From positions 1 to 64,000 of the IMG/VR virus record IMGVR_UViG_3300029288_000153: a DNA stretch of 64,000 bases. One strand, given 5' to 3'. Source of the stretch: a virus. Taxonomy: Duplodnaviria > Caudoviricetes. Position numbers and translations under genes: made by a program. Under the pieces are notes generated by a model. That model did no database searches, had not been told where the DNA came from, and saw only the letters and a program-made list of their open reading frames with translations. Of the stretch, positions 37,623-46,891 are shown in pieces (positions within the stretch are counted from its first letter, which is position 1; every line of letters begins with the position of its first letter).

Positions 37623-38306
37623 ATGATGAACCTGAAGAGGGTGTCGCAGATTAGCCGGGCGTTGACGGCCGATGGTGCTAGTGGATTTGTGCGCGTGGCG
37701 ACGCCAAATCCTTTTGTGGTGGGCATGACCGTAAATCTGACATCGGCTGGCCCTGCTGTATTAGGTTTACAGATTTCAGATATCAAAGGGGTGGGAGGCA
37801 GTACCGACGTGGCCGTGTACCTTATTGATCCAGCCACTCAGGCGGCCTACGACGCTTCGGCGTACACCACCCTACTGACATCTCTGATCATTGCTCCTGC
37901 TCAGACCCTTTGGTACGAGGTCGGGGTAGATGGCGTGGTTCCCACACCGTTTACTGATCTACAGATGCGGTCTATTATGGACGCCATCTTGCCGGCGTCA
38001 TTGTCGGGTGGGGTAACCGACGCTCAGCTACAAGTTACCCTAAACAAGTACGTGTATCCGGTATTAGGGGCAAATCTCTATCTGGCTATCTCTACTGTCG
38101 ACGCTTCTGTGTCGGTGGGGGCAGGATCGTACTTGATGATGAGCACCGTTGATGTGTCTTTTGCGGATGGCGTCGAGCCGACCTTGGGGCAGTCTAAATT
38201 GTTGGCGGCTAAAATTTACGTGCCCTGTAGATGGGCGTCGACCACCACGGTACACTTCAAGACATCGGCGGGCACCGGAACGGTATTTCTCTGGCCCTGT
38301 ACCTAA
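37623..38306 (+). CDS. Putative virion protein, paralog of 41069..41833
   Basis: Shared N-domain ...DASAYTT...QTLWY. Confidence 0.65.
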   Translation: MMNLKRVSQISRALTADGASGFVRVATPNPFVVGMTVNLTSAGPAVLGLQISDIKGVGGSTDVAVYLIDPATQAAYDASAYTTLLTSLIIAPAQTLWYEVGVDGVVPTPFTDLQMRSIMDAILPASLSGGVTDAQLQVTLNKYVYPVLGANLYLAISTVDASVSVGAGSYLMMSTVDVSFADGVEPTLGQSKLLAAKIYVPCRWASTTTVHFKTSAGTGTVFLWPCT

Positions 38307-38315
38307 GGGGATTAG

Positions 38316-39095
38316 ATGCGTCTGATTTCCGCACCAGCCACGGTCCTACATGCCCCGTTCACTACCTTTGGGGCGTCGGTGCCGGAAGACGGTAACTGCG
38401 TTTCACATGTGACGTTTCCTGGTGGCTCTATCTACGATAGTAAAGGGAACATGTGGACGCAGATAGGGGCCGTGCCTCAGGTAGCAACCTCTCAGCTGTA
38501 TCCGTTGGGTTTTGGGGCTGCTAGTAGGTCCGGGGCGGGGCCATTTACTTCGAGTGTTAACTATTTTCAGCTCGACCCTTTGGGGACCGGTACCGATGTG
38601 CTAGATTTTGCTGGTGACTTTTTGGGGGTGGCGGTGTTTCGGCCTACCGCTGTGCCAACCGGTGTTCTGGTTTCGAACGGGCTATATCAAGTAGATGGTT
38701 ATTACCTGCAGTTTTCGGGGTTGACCTTAAGCTTGGTGCAGAGTCAATCCGGCGAGGCTGATTTGCAGTCGGTGGGGGGCTGTGATGCCGACGCTATCAA
38801 CGTGGTGTGTTTTGGGCGGGTAGGGGCGAATAATATAATTAAACTCAATCTTAATGGTCTTATCTCGGGTGTTGGGAAAACTATTACCCCAGCAACCACC
38901 CGGCCTGCTCGTATTGGTGTATATGGAGATGGTGGATCGGCTACTTCTAGCACCGTCTACGAGCTGTATTTTACCACTACGACACCTACCGATGCTCTCT
39001 GTATTAATATTGTCAATCATGTATTTCAGCAGCAGGGGACTATGGGCGAGGCGTTGATTGTTGCTAGGGCCATATGTGGGAGCTACGAGATATGA
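38316..39095 (+). CDS. LamG/concanavalin-like virion protein
   Basis: YDSKGN, DFLGVAVF, YYLQ, ARIG, YELYF beta-sandwich pattern. Confidence 0.6.
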   Translation: MRLISAPATVLHAPFTTFGASVPEDGNCVSHVTFPGGSIYDSKGNMWTQIGAVPQVATSQLYPLGFGAASRSGAGPFTSSVNYFQLDPLGTGTDVLDFAGDFLGVAVFRPTAVPTGVLVSNGLYQVDGYYLQFSGLTLSLVQSQSGEADLQSVGGCDADAINVVCFGRVGANNIIKLNLNGLISGVGKTITPATTRPARIGVYGDGGSATSSTVYELYFTTTTPTDALCINIVNHVFQQQGTMGEALIVARAICGSYEI

Positions 39096-40135
39096 CGGTT
39101 GTTTATTCACCGATTGACGGTATTCGCGTTAACGAAAAAGGGGTGCTAGTAGAATCCAGTCGCACTAACTCAATTTTGCAGTCGCAGTCGCTCGCCACCT
39201 CTCCTTGGGGCGTTGCGCATGTTACTGTCGCTGATCCAACGGTGACCAATAATACCGTTGATGTACTAGCCCCTGACGGGACCCAGACGGCCACCAAGGT
39301 GATTCTTCCGGCCGTGGCGGCTGGGGAGATGTCGTCGATACAACAGACGTTTACGGCTACGGCTACGGCATGGTCGGCTTCGATTTGGCTTCGGACCGCC
39401 ACCGGGACAGCAACGGTGTTTTTGCATCTCATTACAGGAGCAACGATCAAAACTGTGCAGTGCAATGTAACTAGTGATTGGACTAGGATCTCGCTCAACG
39501 CCCAGACCCTTACAGCTGCAACGTGGATCTACGAGCTAGGGGTTGATTGTGTAAACGGAGACGCGGAGCAACCGGCACAGACCGTTTACGCCTGGGGGGC
39601 CCAGTGTGAGCTAGGAGCATTTGCGTCGAGCTATATTTATACGGTGGCCGGGACACAAAATCGCCCAGCTGATATGGTATCTGTTGTGAACCCATTGTGT
39701 AACTGCGATGATACTTGGATGATTGGCGGAACATTTACCCCGTACGTAGGATCTGCATGGAGTGCGGTCAGTTCTTCGACTATGTTGTGGGGCGTAAATG
39801 TTGGGACCGGCGCAAATACTGCGTACTTCTACCTCAACGGAACCAATTTGGCGTTTACGGTTCGCGACGTCAGCAATAATGCCAAAACTATTGCCGCTAC
39901 TTTTAGCTGGACGACCGGCCAGATCACCAAACAGATATTTGCTAGTAACACCCGAGGGTTACTAGAGATATGGGTTGAAGGGGTGTCGGTGGGCAGTGTG
40001 TCCGGGACCGGAACGGGGATAATCAGTACCTGGCCATCTGCTATTGCGATCGGTCGCACGGGGACCGGTAGTCATTTTAATGGCTATGTGCGTGATTTCA
40101 AGATCGCACGACATGCGGATATAGCTAGGTTATAG
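39092..40135 (+). CDS. Head spike/fibre protein with carbohydrate-binding + LamG domains
   Basis: GVLVESSRTNSILQS, SIWLR, WTRIS, WGAQCELG..ASSYI.T, FNGYVR. Confidence 0.7.
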   Translation: MTVVYSPIDGIRVNEKGVLVESSRTNSILQSQSLATSPWGVAHVTVADPTVTNNTVDVLAPDGTQTATKVILPAVAAGEMSSIQQTFTATATAWSASIWLRTATGTATVFLHLITGATIKTVQCNVTSDWTRISLNAQTLTAATWIYELGVDCVNGDAEQPAQTVYAWGAQCELGAFASSYIYTVAGTQNRPADMVSVVNPLCNCDDTWMIGGTFTPYVGSAWSAVSSSTMLWGVNVGTGANTAYFYLNGTNLAFTVRDVSNNAKTIAATFSWTTGQITKQIFASNTRGLLEIWVEGVSVGSVSGTGTGIISTWPSAIAIGRTGTGSHFNGYVRDFKIARHADIARL

Positions 40136-40142
40136 CTGTGAG

Positions 40143-40153
40143 CGTGATATTGT
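40143..40153 (+). promoter_or_regulatory. Extended -10 promoter CGTGATATTGT
   Basis: Matches CGTGWTATNNT family; upstream of ClpP-like gene. Confidence 0.45.
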
Positions 40154-40198
40154 ATATGTATGCGTTGAGTACCTAACCTTCCAACCGGCGGATCTGCG

Positions 40199-40804
40199 AT
40201 GAAAAAAATAACGGCAATTATCTTTAGTTTGTTTTTTGCGGTAGTCGCCCACGCCGTTGAGCCGGTGGTCGGCGTGATCCACGTAGAGTCGGAGTTTACT
40301 AGCGTGTTAGTATCGATGGTGGACTCGGAGCTAGCACAGGCCAAGGCCGCATCGGCAACGTCGTTGATAGTGTTGATCGACTCCCCCGGTGGAGGAATGG
40401 GGAGTATGCTCAAGGTCATCAAGGCGATATCTGATACGAAACTACCTACGGTATGTATTGTCGGCAACCAAGCAGCGTCGGCAGCGTTTGTCTTGTTGCA
40501 GTCGGAGGCCTGTACGGTTCGGATTGTTCGACCTTATTCTGTGTTGCTGGCGCATCTTGCTCGCTCGGCTGATGATACGCCGGCTAACGTCACAGAACTA
40601 GAGGAGAGGATCACGGATCTGAAACTATACGATCGGGTTATTGCGCTGCGGGTTTGTGGCCGAATAGGGATGACCCCAGATGAATATCTCAGCAAACTAC
40701 AAAACGGCGATTGGGTCTCGTTGGGTGAGGATGCGGTGGCTAATCATCTAGCAGATAAGGTTATCCCCGGTGGCGTTGTGGTACAGATTGGGCCTCGATC
40801 GTAA
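40199..40804 (+). CDS. Exported ClpP/SppA-like serine protease
   Basis: Signal peptide MKKITAIIFSLFFAVVAHA; IDSPGG, AASAA (Ser), LAH, EDAV...LADKV. Confidence 0.8.
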   Translation: MKKITAIIFSLFFAVVAHAVEPVVGVIHVESEFTSVLVSMVDSELAQAKAASATSLIVLIDSPGGGMGSMLKVIKAISDTKLPTVCIVGNQAASAAFVLLQSEACTVRIVRPYSVLLAHLARSADDTPANVTELEERITDLKLYDRVIALRVCGRIGMTPDEYLSKLQNGDWVSLGEDAVANHLADKVIPGGVVVQIGPRS

Positions 40805-40838
40805 TAGTAGATGTAGGGATCGACGAAGAGGAGGCGAT

Positions 40839-41042
40839 ATGGCGTTAGGACGGAAGTCGCAATACGCACTCACGGCGGCCTGGTTGCTCACGATGGGGTG
40901 GCTCTTGCAGGCTGCCTTGGTGGCCCTGCAGGATCAGTTTGGCACCTGGATGGCGGCCATATTGGCCATCTACGGCGGCCTGGTAGGAGCACACACGGCC
41001 ACTGACATGAAAAACGGTGCCCGACAGGACCCCACCAACTAG
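40839..41042 (+). CDS. Small 2-TM membrane protein, holin-like
   Basis: RBS GAGGAGG; two hydrophobic helices, charged C-terminus. Confidence 0.55.
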   Translation: MALGRKSQYALTAAWLLTMGWLLQAALVALQDQFGTWMAAILAIYGGLVGAHTATDMKNGARQDPTN

Positions 41043-41068
41043 ATTGTACGCCGCTGTGTTGTTGTGTT

Positions 41069-41833
41069 ATGGTATCTAAGGTACCGTGCGACGATATATT
41101 CAGTATCAGTAGAGGGGGTCCGGTGATTCGGATTAAGAGGTTGCCCCCCACGACAAAACAACTAGTTGACGATGGGTCTCTCGGGTATGTTCGTGTGGAA
41201 GATGCGACAGGGCTAGCGCAGGGTGCTCAAGTCACGTTGAGTGCCGGTGTTTTGTCGGCGTCTGGTCTGAAAATTGTCGAGTTCAAGGGGGTGGCTGGAC
41301 AACCTAATGTAGAGATCCGGATTGTTGATCCGGTGACTGGCAGTGACTTCGACGCCTCAGCGTACACGACCGCATTGCAATCTGAGTTATTCGTCCCCGA
41401 GCAGACCTTGTGGTATGGGTTAGGTGATGAGGTGTACTCGGACGATGACGTGGCTGCGGTGTTTCGTGCTATACTACCTGCTGGCCCAGGTGTAGCCAGT
41501 AACGTTGCGATCACCAACTTCCCTCCTCAACAACATGTTATTGTCGATGCCGGCGGTTCGTCTGTGGCTACGCCAAGTACAGTGATGGTATCGACCTCGG
41601 CGGTAACCTTGTTGCCTACGAACCTGCAGCGGCGAGGTGCGAGTATCTACAATGATAGTACAGGTACGTTGTATATTCAGGTGGGGGGTGAGGCGCCCGG
41701 CCCGCTATCTTTTGCTGCGAAGTTGTTCCAGGATGATTATTTTACTAGTGAATTTGACTATACGGGAATCATCCGGGGCATATGGAGTGGTGGTGAAGGC
41801 GAAGCTAAGATCGTGGAGTATAATCGGCCATGA
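41069..41833 (+). CDS. Putative virion protein, paralog of 37623..38306 with different C-domain
   Basis: DASAYTT...QTLWY; NFP linker; LLPTNLQRRGASIYND...LYI C-domain. Confidence 0.65.
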   Translation: MVSKVPCDDIFSISRGGPVIRIKRLPPTTKQLVDDGSLGYVRVEDATGLAQGAQVTLSAGVLSASGLKIVEFKGVAGQPNVEIRIVDPVTGSDFDASAYTTALQSELFVPEQTLWYGLGDEVYSDDDVAAVFRAILPAGPGVASNVAITNFPPQQHVIVDAGGSSVATPSTVMVSTSAVTLLPTNLQRRGASIYNDSTGTLYIQVGGEAPGPLSFAAKLFQDDYFTSEFDYTGIIRGIWSGGEGEAKIVEYNRP

Positions 41834-42051
41834 CCTTATTGGAGCAGTGGTGTATTCCTGTACGTTGTGGTCAATGTGGGGCGGTGGCCAGAATCAAGGC
41901 GTCAAATGTGGTGCGTTGGGATGATAGTTATCGGTGGAGATGTGTTGGGTGTCGGGGTTGGGGGGCGGTGGTCGTGCGTATACCGCTTTGTGTGCGGAGG
42001 GCGGCCAAGTCGCTGTCGATATGGCAGAGAATTAGGCGCCTATGGGGTTAG
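41830..42051 (+). CDS. Small Zn-finger protein
   Basis: CGQCG...CVGCRG; ATGA overlap. Confidence 0.55.
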   Translation: MTLLEQWCIPVRCGQCGAVARIKASNVVRWDDSYRWRCVGCRGWGAVVVRIPLCVRRAAKSLSIWQRIRRLWG

Positions 42052-42430
42052 TTCGGTCGAATAGATTCAAAAACTTGGATCTAACCATCCCTGTGACCTG
42101 TGAGCTAGGGTGCGTGGTAGGGGATGTAGTGTATATGGTGGATTCTCGTATCGTTGCCCGAGTTGACCCTTTGTTGTACGCTAAGATGCCGGCCGCGGGG
42201 GTGATGATTGCGGTAAGCGGTGTCGATGGGGTGTTGGCCACCGGTGGGGTGATATATGGCATTTACAGCGGTTTGATCCCCGGGGGGTGTATTATGCGGG
42301 AGTAAATCACCGTCCTGTCTTGCTATCGACCCTCCAGGAGAGCCAGCGTCCGTTTTGCCAGCAATTGGGGGTGGCGGTGGCAGAAGATTCCTTGGGTATA
42401 CTTCTAGGAGTGTCGATTTCAAGGTTATGA
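42042..42430 (+). CDS. Capsid decoration/cement-like protein, frameshifted at G6 tract 42282-42287
   Basis: Frame 0 stops at 42305; the -1 frame continues VYYAGVNHRPVLL...QQLGVAV...L* (42430), matching the C-terminus of paralog 42791..43342. Confidence 0.65.
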
Positions 42431-42473
42431 CGAGATGCAATCTACGATGTAGCTACCCGTACCTCAACGGAGT

Positions 42474-42788
42474 GTGACCATGAAGCGCCGGCTATCAAAT
42501 ATTGATCGGTTAAGTGTTCTGCGGTGCGACGCCGAAATTCGTGCGGTCAACGCCAAGCGGGCTTTAGTGGTTCATTCGTTGACTCAGTACTTAAGGGACA
42601 TCGACCCCAACGGAGTAGTTAAAGGGATGGAGACCGAGTTGGCGTCTTTGCTAACAGAGAAGGAGAGGTGGCAAGGGGAATACAAGGCGGTATTGGAGAG
42701 GGTGCTTGTAAAAACTGGAATAAATCTAACGAGCTACACCTTTGATGATTGTACTGGGGAGCTTAGCTCAATGACGGAGGAAAGGTAA
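42474..42788 (+). CDS. Hypothetical coiled-coil protein
   Basis: 104 aa; CAATCTA motif upstream at 42438. Confidence 0.6.
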   Translation: MTMKRRLSNIDRLSVLRCDAEIRAVNAKRALVVHSLTQYLRDIDPNGVVKGMETELASLLTEKERWQGEYKAVLERVLVKTGINLTSYTFDDCTGELSSMTEER

Positions 42789-42790
42789 TT

Positions 42791-43342
42791 ATGGCGACTA
42801 GAAAATTTCTGTGGCAGAACCTCGGCGATGGCTCGGGTTTTGTTTATTCCGAGGATGGGCTCACTGCGGCCGATGAGGTGGACGTGCAGGGGGCGGGAAT
42901 TATTAATCTCAGGGCTCCTGTGGCCGACCAGGATGCGGCCACAAAAAAATATGTAGACGATTTGGTCGACGAAAACATGCAGTCGGCCGTTCAGCTTGAT
43001 GTCGAGCTGACTGCCGCTGGCGCGGTGCCCGCTAAGAAGATCGTGTATTTTAGTGACAACGATGCGGTCAGCGTCGCAGATAGCAGTGACGCAGCTAAGG
43101 TGGGGGCGATCGGTTTCGCTTTGGCTGCTATCGCCGATACGGAAACGGGGACCATCCGACAGGCGGGGGTCGTTGAGGGGGTGTTGACGGGCGCCACTGC
43201 GGGTAGGCCTTATTACCTAGGCCACGCCGGGGACCCAGTACTAGCCACCGCCCTGGCCAACGGCGATAGGATCATTAAGGTTGGATACGCCAAGAACGCC
43301 ACCGATCTATATATCAAGATCGACGACGTTGGGAAGAAGTAA
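42791..43342 (+). CDS. Capsid decoration/cement-like protein
   Basis: PVADQDAATKKYVD; AIGFA; GRPYYLG...KVGYA. Confidence 0.65.
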   Translation: MATRKFLWQNLGDGSGFVYSEDGLTAADEVDVQGAGIINLRAPVADQDAATKKYVDDLVDENMQSAVQLDVELTAAGAVPAKKIVYFSDNDAVSVADSSDAAKVGAIGFALAAIADTETGTIRQAGVVEGVLTGATAGRPYYLGHAGDPVLATALANGDRIIKVGYAKNATDLYIKIDDVGKK

Positions 43343-43347
43343 TAGCA

Positions 43348-43953
43348 ATGGCGCTCTACCGGCCGCTCCGACTGGACGGGGGTGACGACGCCTTGGCGGA
43401 GTATCCGGTTCCTATTAACCCTGCGGCGGATCAAATCGCCGCCGCAGGGTTTTATCCACAGTACGGTACTGGATTTGATTTGAGCGCGGGGGTTACCCGG
43501 GATTTTACTGGTCGTCTGATGTTGGGCGACGATTTAACAGGCAATTGGCCCTTGCTGAACCTGTTGCAGTTGACGTCCTTCGCTGAAGTGACCTCGGATG
43601 TTTCGACCTCGTCTGTCGACTGGGTCGATTTGCTGACCGTCAATATTAAGACAGTGGTCAATCAAAACGTCTACTTATTGGCCGTGGCGACGTTTGGAAT
43701 GGACGCGGCCAATAAGATGACGTACTTTAGGGTGTTGTTTGATGGGCGAGTCTGTCGTGGTGCGGGGGCCAGGTATCCCGGTACCCCCGCAACCACAGTG
43801 TCTATTTTAAGTCAAGTCGTACACCCCCGTGCCGACGCTCATACTGTCACCTTGCAGTGGAAGGTGGGGTCAAGTAAAGCTCGTATACGGCCCGTAACCA
43901 TCCCCGATGCCGAGAGTTGTTCGTTGCTGGCGTTGGCTGTTGGGTCGCTGTGA
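43348..43953 (+). CDS. Putative virion protein
   Basis: MALYRPL start; beta-sandwich C-domain (HTVTLQWK). Confidence 0.6.
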   Translation: MALYRPLRLDGGDDALAEYPVPINPAADQIAAAGFYPQYGTGFDLSAGVTRDFTGRLMLGDDLTGNWPLLNLLQLTSFAEVTSDVSTSSVDWVDLLTVNIKTVVNQNVYLLAVATFGMDAANKMTYFRVLFDGRVCRGAGARYPGTPATTVSILSQVVHPRADAHTVTLQWKVGSSKARIRPVTIPDAESCSLLALAVGSL

Positions 43954-44020
43954 TTTGTGGTATGTGTTCTAGCGGCAATCTAACTACAGGCGTGTCGCGT
44001 TGGTATCTGCGAGGTCATCG

Positions 44021-46891
44021 ATGAGCTTGGTTATATATGGGGTTATCGGTAGTGAGGCGATTGATTCTTCGTCCGAGATGTTGTCGGTCAAGGGGTGTGA
44101 TATCTCCACCCTTGCTCAAAGCGGTGTGCTAAATTACGAGCACGTTGGCAATGAGGACGGGTCGTTTAATTCTATAATCGGTAAATGTATCAAAGCAAAG
44201 AAGATTTATTCGTCCTCTGATTGTGAGGACAGCAACGAAGAAAAATGTTGGGCGGCCACCGGAGTGCCTTTTATTTATGGGGTGTTTCGTCTTTTTGATG
44301 GTGCTGGCCATCCCAATGCGGTAGCGGCTGCTGCGATAATGAGAGATCAGGCGGCTCATGGCGAGGATCAAATCCTACGTCTGAGTATTGAAGGCAACAC
44401 CTTAGAGTCTAAGGACGGGGTCTTGGTTTCCACGATTGCCAAAAACGTGGCTTTGACTAAGGCTCCGTGTAACAAGACCGCCATTACGGGGATTGTCGGC
44501 GACCCTCAAAAGGAAATGTCGGAGGACGGTGATCTATCTGATATTCTAGCTACCAAAAAAGGTGGAGATCTCAATATCCGGTTGTCGTCGGTCCCTTTTA
44601 TTTATGCGCCGTACGAAGAACCTCTTGATGCGATCGATGCCTTTGTTGTGAACGCCAAAAGGGTAATTGAGTTGGCGAAAGCCATGACGGCCGGTGGGGA
44701 CAATGTAGCTCCCTCTTCGTTGACGGGCGGTAGCGCTCTGATGCGCGAGGACCTTGGCGGCGACCAACGGAAGCGTCTGATTGCTGTTTGCAAGGCCGCT
44801 CTACGAGATCACAACCCTATGGTACATGGGCCATTTAGGCGGTTTTTGAAAAGTTTATTGCCAGAAGTCAGTGATGAGTTTTTGGATAGATTTCAGGAGG
44901 TTGCTGACGATCTCGATGTCAAGGCTAAGCTAAATTATTTACGCAAGGACGAGGGCGATCTGTCCGTTGAGAAGATGTTGAACGCGGCCAAAGATGATGC
45001 CTATGTCCGTCGAGATCTAGCTCGACACCCCAAGTTGCCGCCGGAGCTAATGCCTCAATTGGCGCAGGACAAAGACGAAGGTGTCCGTCGATACCTAGCC
45101 CTACACCCCCAGTTGCCGCCGGCAGCGATGTCTCAATTGGCGCAGGATTCAAGCGAATATGTCCGTCGAAATCTAGCCCAACACCCCAAGTTGCCGCCGG
45201 AGCTAATGCCTCAATTGGCACATGATGAAGACAAATATGTTCGCCAAAATCTAGCTGGACATCCCCAGTTGTCGCCGGAAGCGATGTCTCGGTTGGCACA
45301 TGATGAAGACAAATATGTTCGCCAAAATCTAGGTGGACATCCCCAGTTGCCTCCAGAGCTGATGTCTCGGTTGGCGCAGGACAAAGACGAAGGTGTCCGT
45401 CGAAATCTAGGTCGACATCCCCAGTTGCCTCCGGCAGCGATGTCTCAATTGGCGCAGGACAAAGACGAATATGTTCGCCAAAATCTAGCCAAACACCCCC
45501 AGTTGCCTCCAGAGCTGATGCCTCGGTTGGCGCAGGACAAAGACGAAGGTGTCCGTCGAAACCTAGCTCGACACCCCAAGTTGCCGCCGGCAGCGATGTC
45601 TCAATTGGCGCAGGATTCAGACGAAGGTGTCCGTCGATACCTAGCCCTACACCCCCAGTTGCCTCCAGAGCTGATGTCTCGGTTGGCACAGGATTCAAGC
45701 GAATATGTCCGTCGAAATCTAGCCCAACACCCCCAGTTGCCGCCGGAGCTGATGCCTCAATTGACGCAGGACAAAGACGAAGGTGTCCGTCAATACCTAG
45801 CTCGACACCCCCAGTTGTCGCCGGAAGCGATGTCTCGGTTGGCACATGATGAAGACAAATATGTTCGACAAAATTTAGCTGAGCACCCAAACCTGTCGCC
45901 GGAAGCGATGTCTCGGTTGGCGCAAGACGAAAACGAAGATGTTCGCCAGTGGGTGTTTGAGTGGCATAATCCCGACCAATTAACCAAAGAGCACGTGAAC
46001 GTCAAATACAATACCACCAAGCTCCGTAAGATTCGTGATCACATTTTGGCTCAGGGGAAGACTGAGATGTCTCCCAAAGACCTCCCTCCGGGGGACTGGA
46101 GTGTGGGGCGTGTGTCTTCGGGAAACATCTCAGCACAGAAGATCCAAGAACACATCGACCGGATGTCTGCGACTAGGTTTACTATCAGTCATGGCACCTG
46201 GGCAGGTGCCCAACGGCACTCTGGGGAGTCGTCCAAGGTTTTCCAAGTCGGGTTGTCGACTGACACTATCCAGAAACTGAAGGCCGCCGGTGTCTATGGG
46301 TCGTTCCGGAAGATCTATGACGAAAACGTAACCGACGCCCATCCCCATGGGCCGTCGGGAATCGGGTGGGTTAGGTGGACGGGCGATCAAAAGGGTGTTC
46401 ACATCGACGAGGTACAGTCTGATATCGGCCGGCAATTCGGCAAATACAAAGAAGCCTCTTCGGATAAGCAACCCCTTGTTCCCGACGAACACCGCCAGAA
46501 GATCAAGGCGATTGTTTTCAGTGACCGACACCCCAACGAGGTGCTACACGAAGCCTTTCAACAACACTTACGTGACCGAGGGTGGATAGACACGCCGGTA
46601 CACACATGGACACCCGAAACCAAAGCGCCCCTGTCCTCTTTGGATGCCAATAAACCGATCCCCGGTCACATGCAAGTAACATACCGGGATATCCCAAAGA
46701 AGATGGGCTGGGAGGAAGGGCGGTATGGTTCGTTGCCGACGCAGAAAAACAAAAAGCTAAAGGATAGTACGACCGTCGGTGACGCGGTGAGAAAAGCGGA
46801 GGAGCAGGTCGTAGGGGTGAACTGGCCTGATGTTTTTGTAAACGTGTCTGCATCAGAAATAATACGAAACGCGAGTATCCGTTATGGATAA
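44021..46891 (+). CDS. Prohead (HK97/U35-type) protease fused to LRV/HEAT repeats and a C-terminal EVQSD domain
   Basis: GVIGSEAIDSSSE, LNYEH (His), LSIEG (Ser); RBS GAGGT before ATG 44021; HIDEVQSD near C-terminus. Confidence 0.8.
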   Translation: MSLVIYGVIGSEAIDSSSEMLSVKGCDISTLAQSGVLNYEHVGNEDGSFNSIIGKCIKAKKIYSSSDCEDSNEEKCWAATGVPFIYGVFRLFDGAGHPNAVAAAAIMRDQAAHGEDQILRLSIEGNTLESKDGVLVSTIAKNVALTKAPCNKTAITGIVGDPQKEMSEDGDLSDILATKKGGDLNIRLSSVPFIYAPYEEPLDAIDAFVVNAKRVIELAKAMTAGGDNVAPSSLTGGSALMREDLGGDQRKRLIAVCKAALRDHNPMVHGPFRRFLKSLLPEVSDEFLDRFQEVADDLDVKAKLNYLRKDEGDLSVEKMLNAAKDDAYVRRDLARHPKLPPELMPQLAQDKDEGVRRYLALHPQLPPAAMSQLAQDSSEYVRRNLAQHPKLPPELMPQLAHDEDKYVRQNLAGHPQLSPEAMSRLAHDEDKYVRQNLGGHPQLPPELMSRLAQDKDEGVRRNLGRHPQLPPAAMSQLAQDKDEYVRQNLAKHPQLPPELMPRLAQDKDEGVRRNLARHPKLPPAAMSQLAQDSDEGVRRYLALHPQLPPELMSRLAQDSSEYVRRNLAQHPQLPPELMPQLTQDKDEGVRQYLARHPQLSPEAMSRLAHDEDKYVRQNLAEHPNLSPEAMSRLAQDENEDVRQWVFEWHNPDQLTKEHVNVKYNTTKLRKIRDHILAQGKTEMSPKDLPPGDWSVGRVSSGNISAQKIQEHIDRMSATRFTISHGTWAGAQRHSGESSKVFQVGLSTDTIQKLKAAGVYGSFRKIYDENVTDAHPHGPSGIGWVRWTGDQKGVHIDEVQSDIGRQFGKYKEASSDKQPLVPDEHRQKIKAIVFSDRHPNEVLHEAFQQHLRDRGWIDTPVHTWTPETKAPLSSLDANKPIPGHMQVTYRDIPKKMGWEEGRYGSLPTQKNKKLKDSTTVGDAVRKAEEQVVGVNWPDVFVNVSASEIIRNASIRYG
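44995..45960 (+). repeat. 78-bp (26-aa) tandem repeat, 12 full units, LRV/HEAT-like
   Basis: D.DE.VR..LA.HP.L.P..M..LAQ units. Confidence 0.9.

Noticed and set aside
44925-45890. 321-aa minus-strand ORF and similar long antisense ORFs (for example 29439..30110, 55468..56034)
   Set aside because: They are shadows of well-supported genes on the opposite strand, with no recognisable motifs
44995-45960. Tandem 78-bp units as a CRISPR or non-coding array
   Set aside because: The units are in-frame coding repeats without unique spacers
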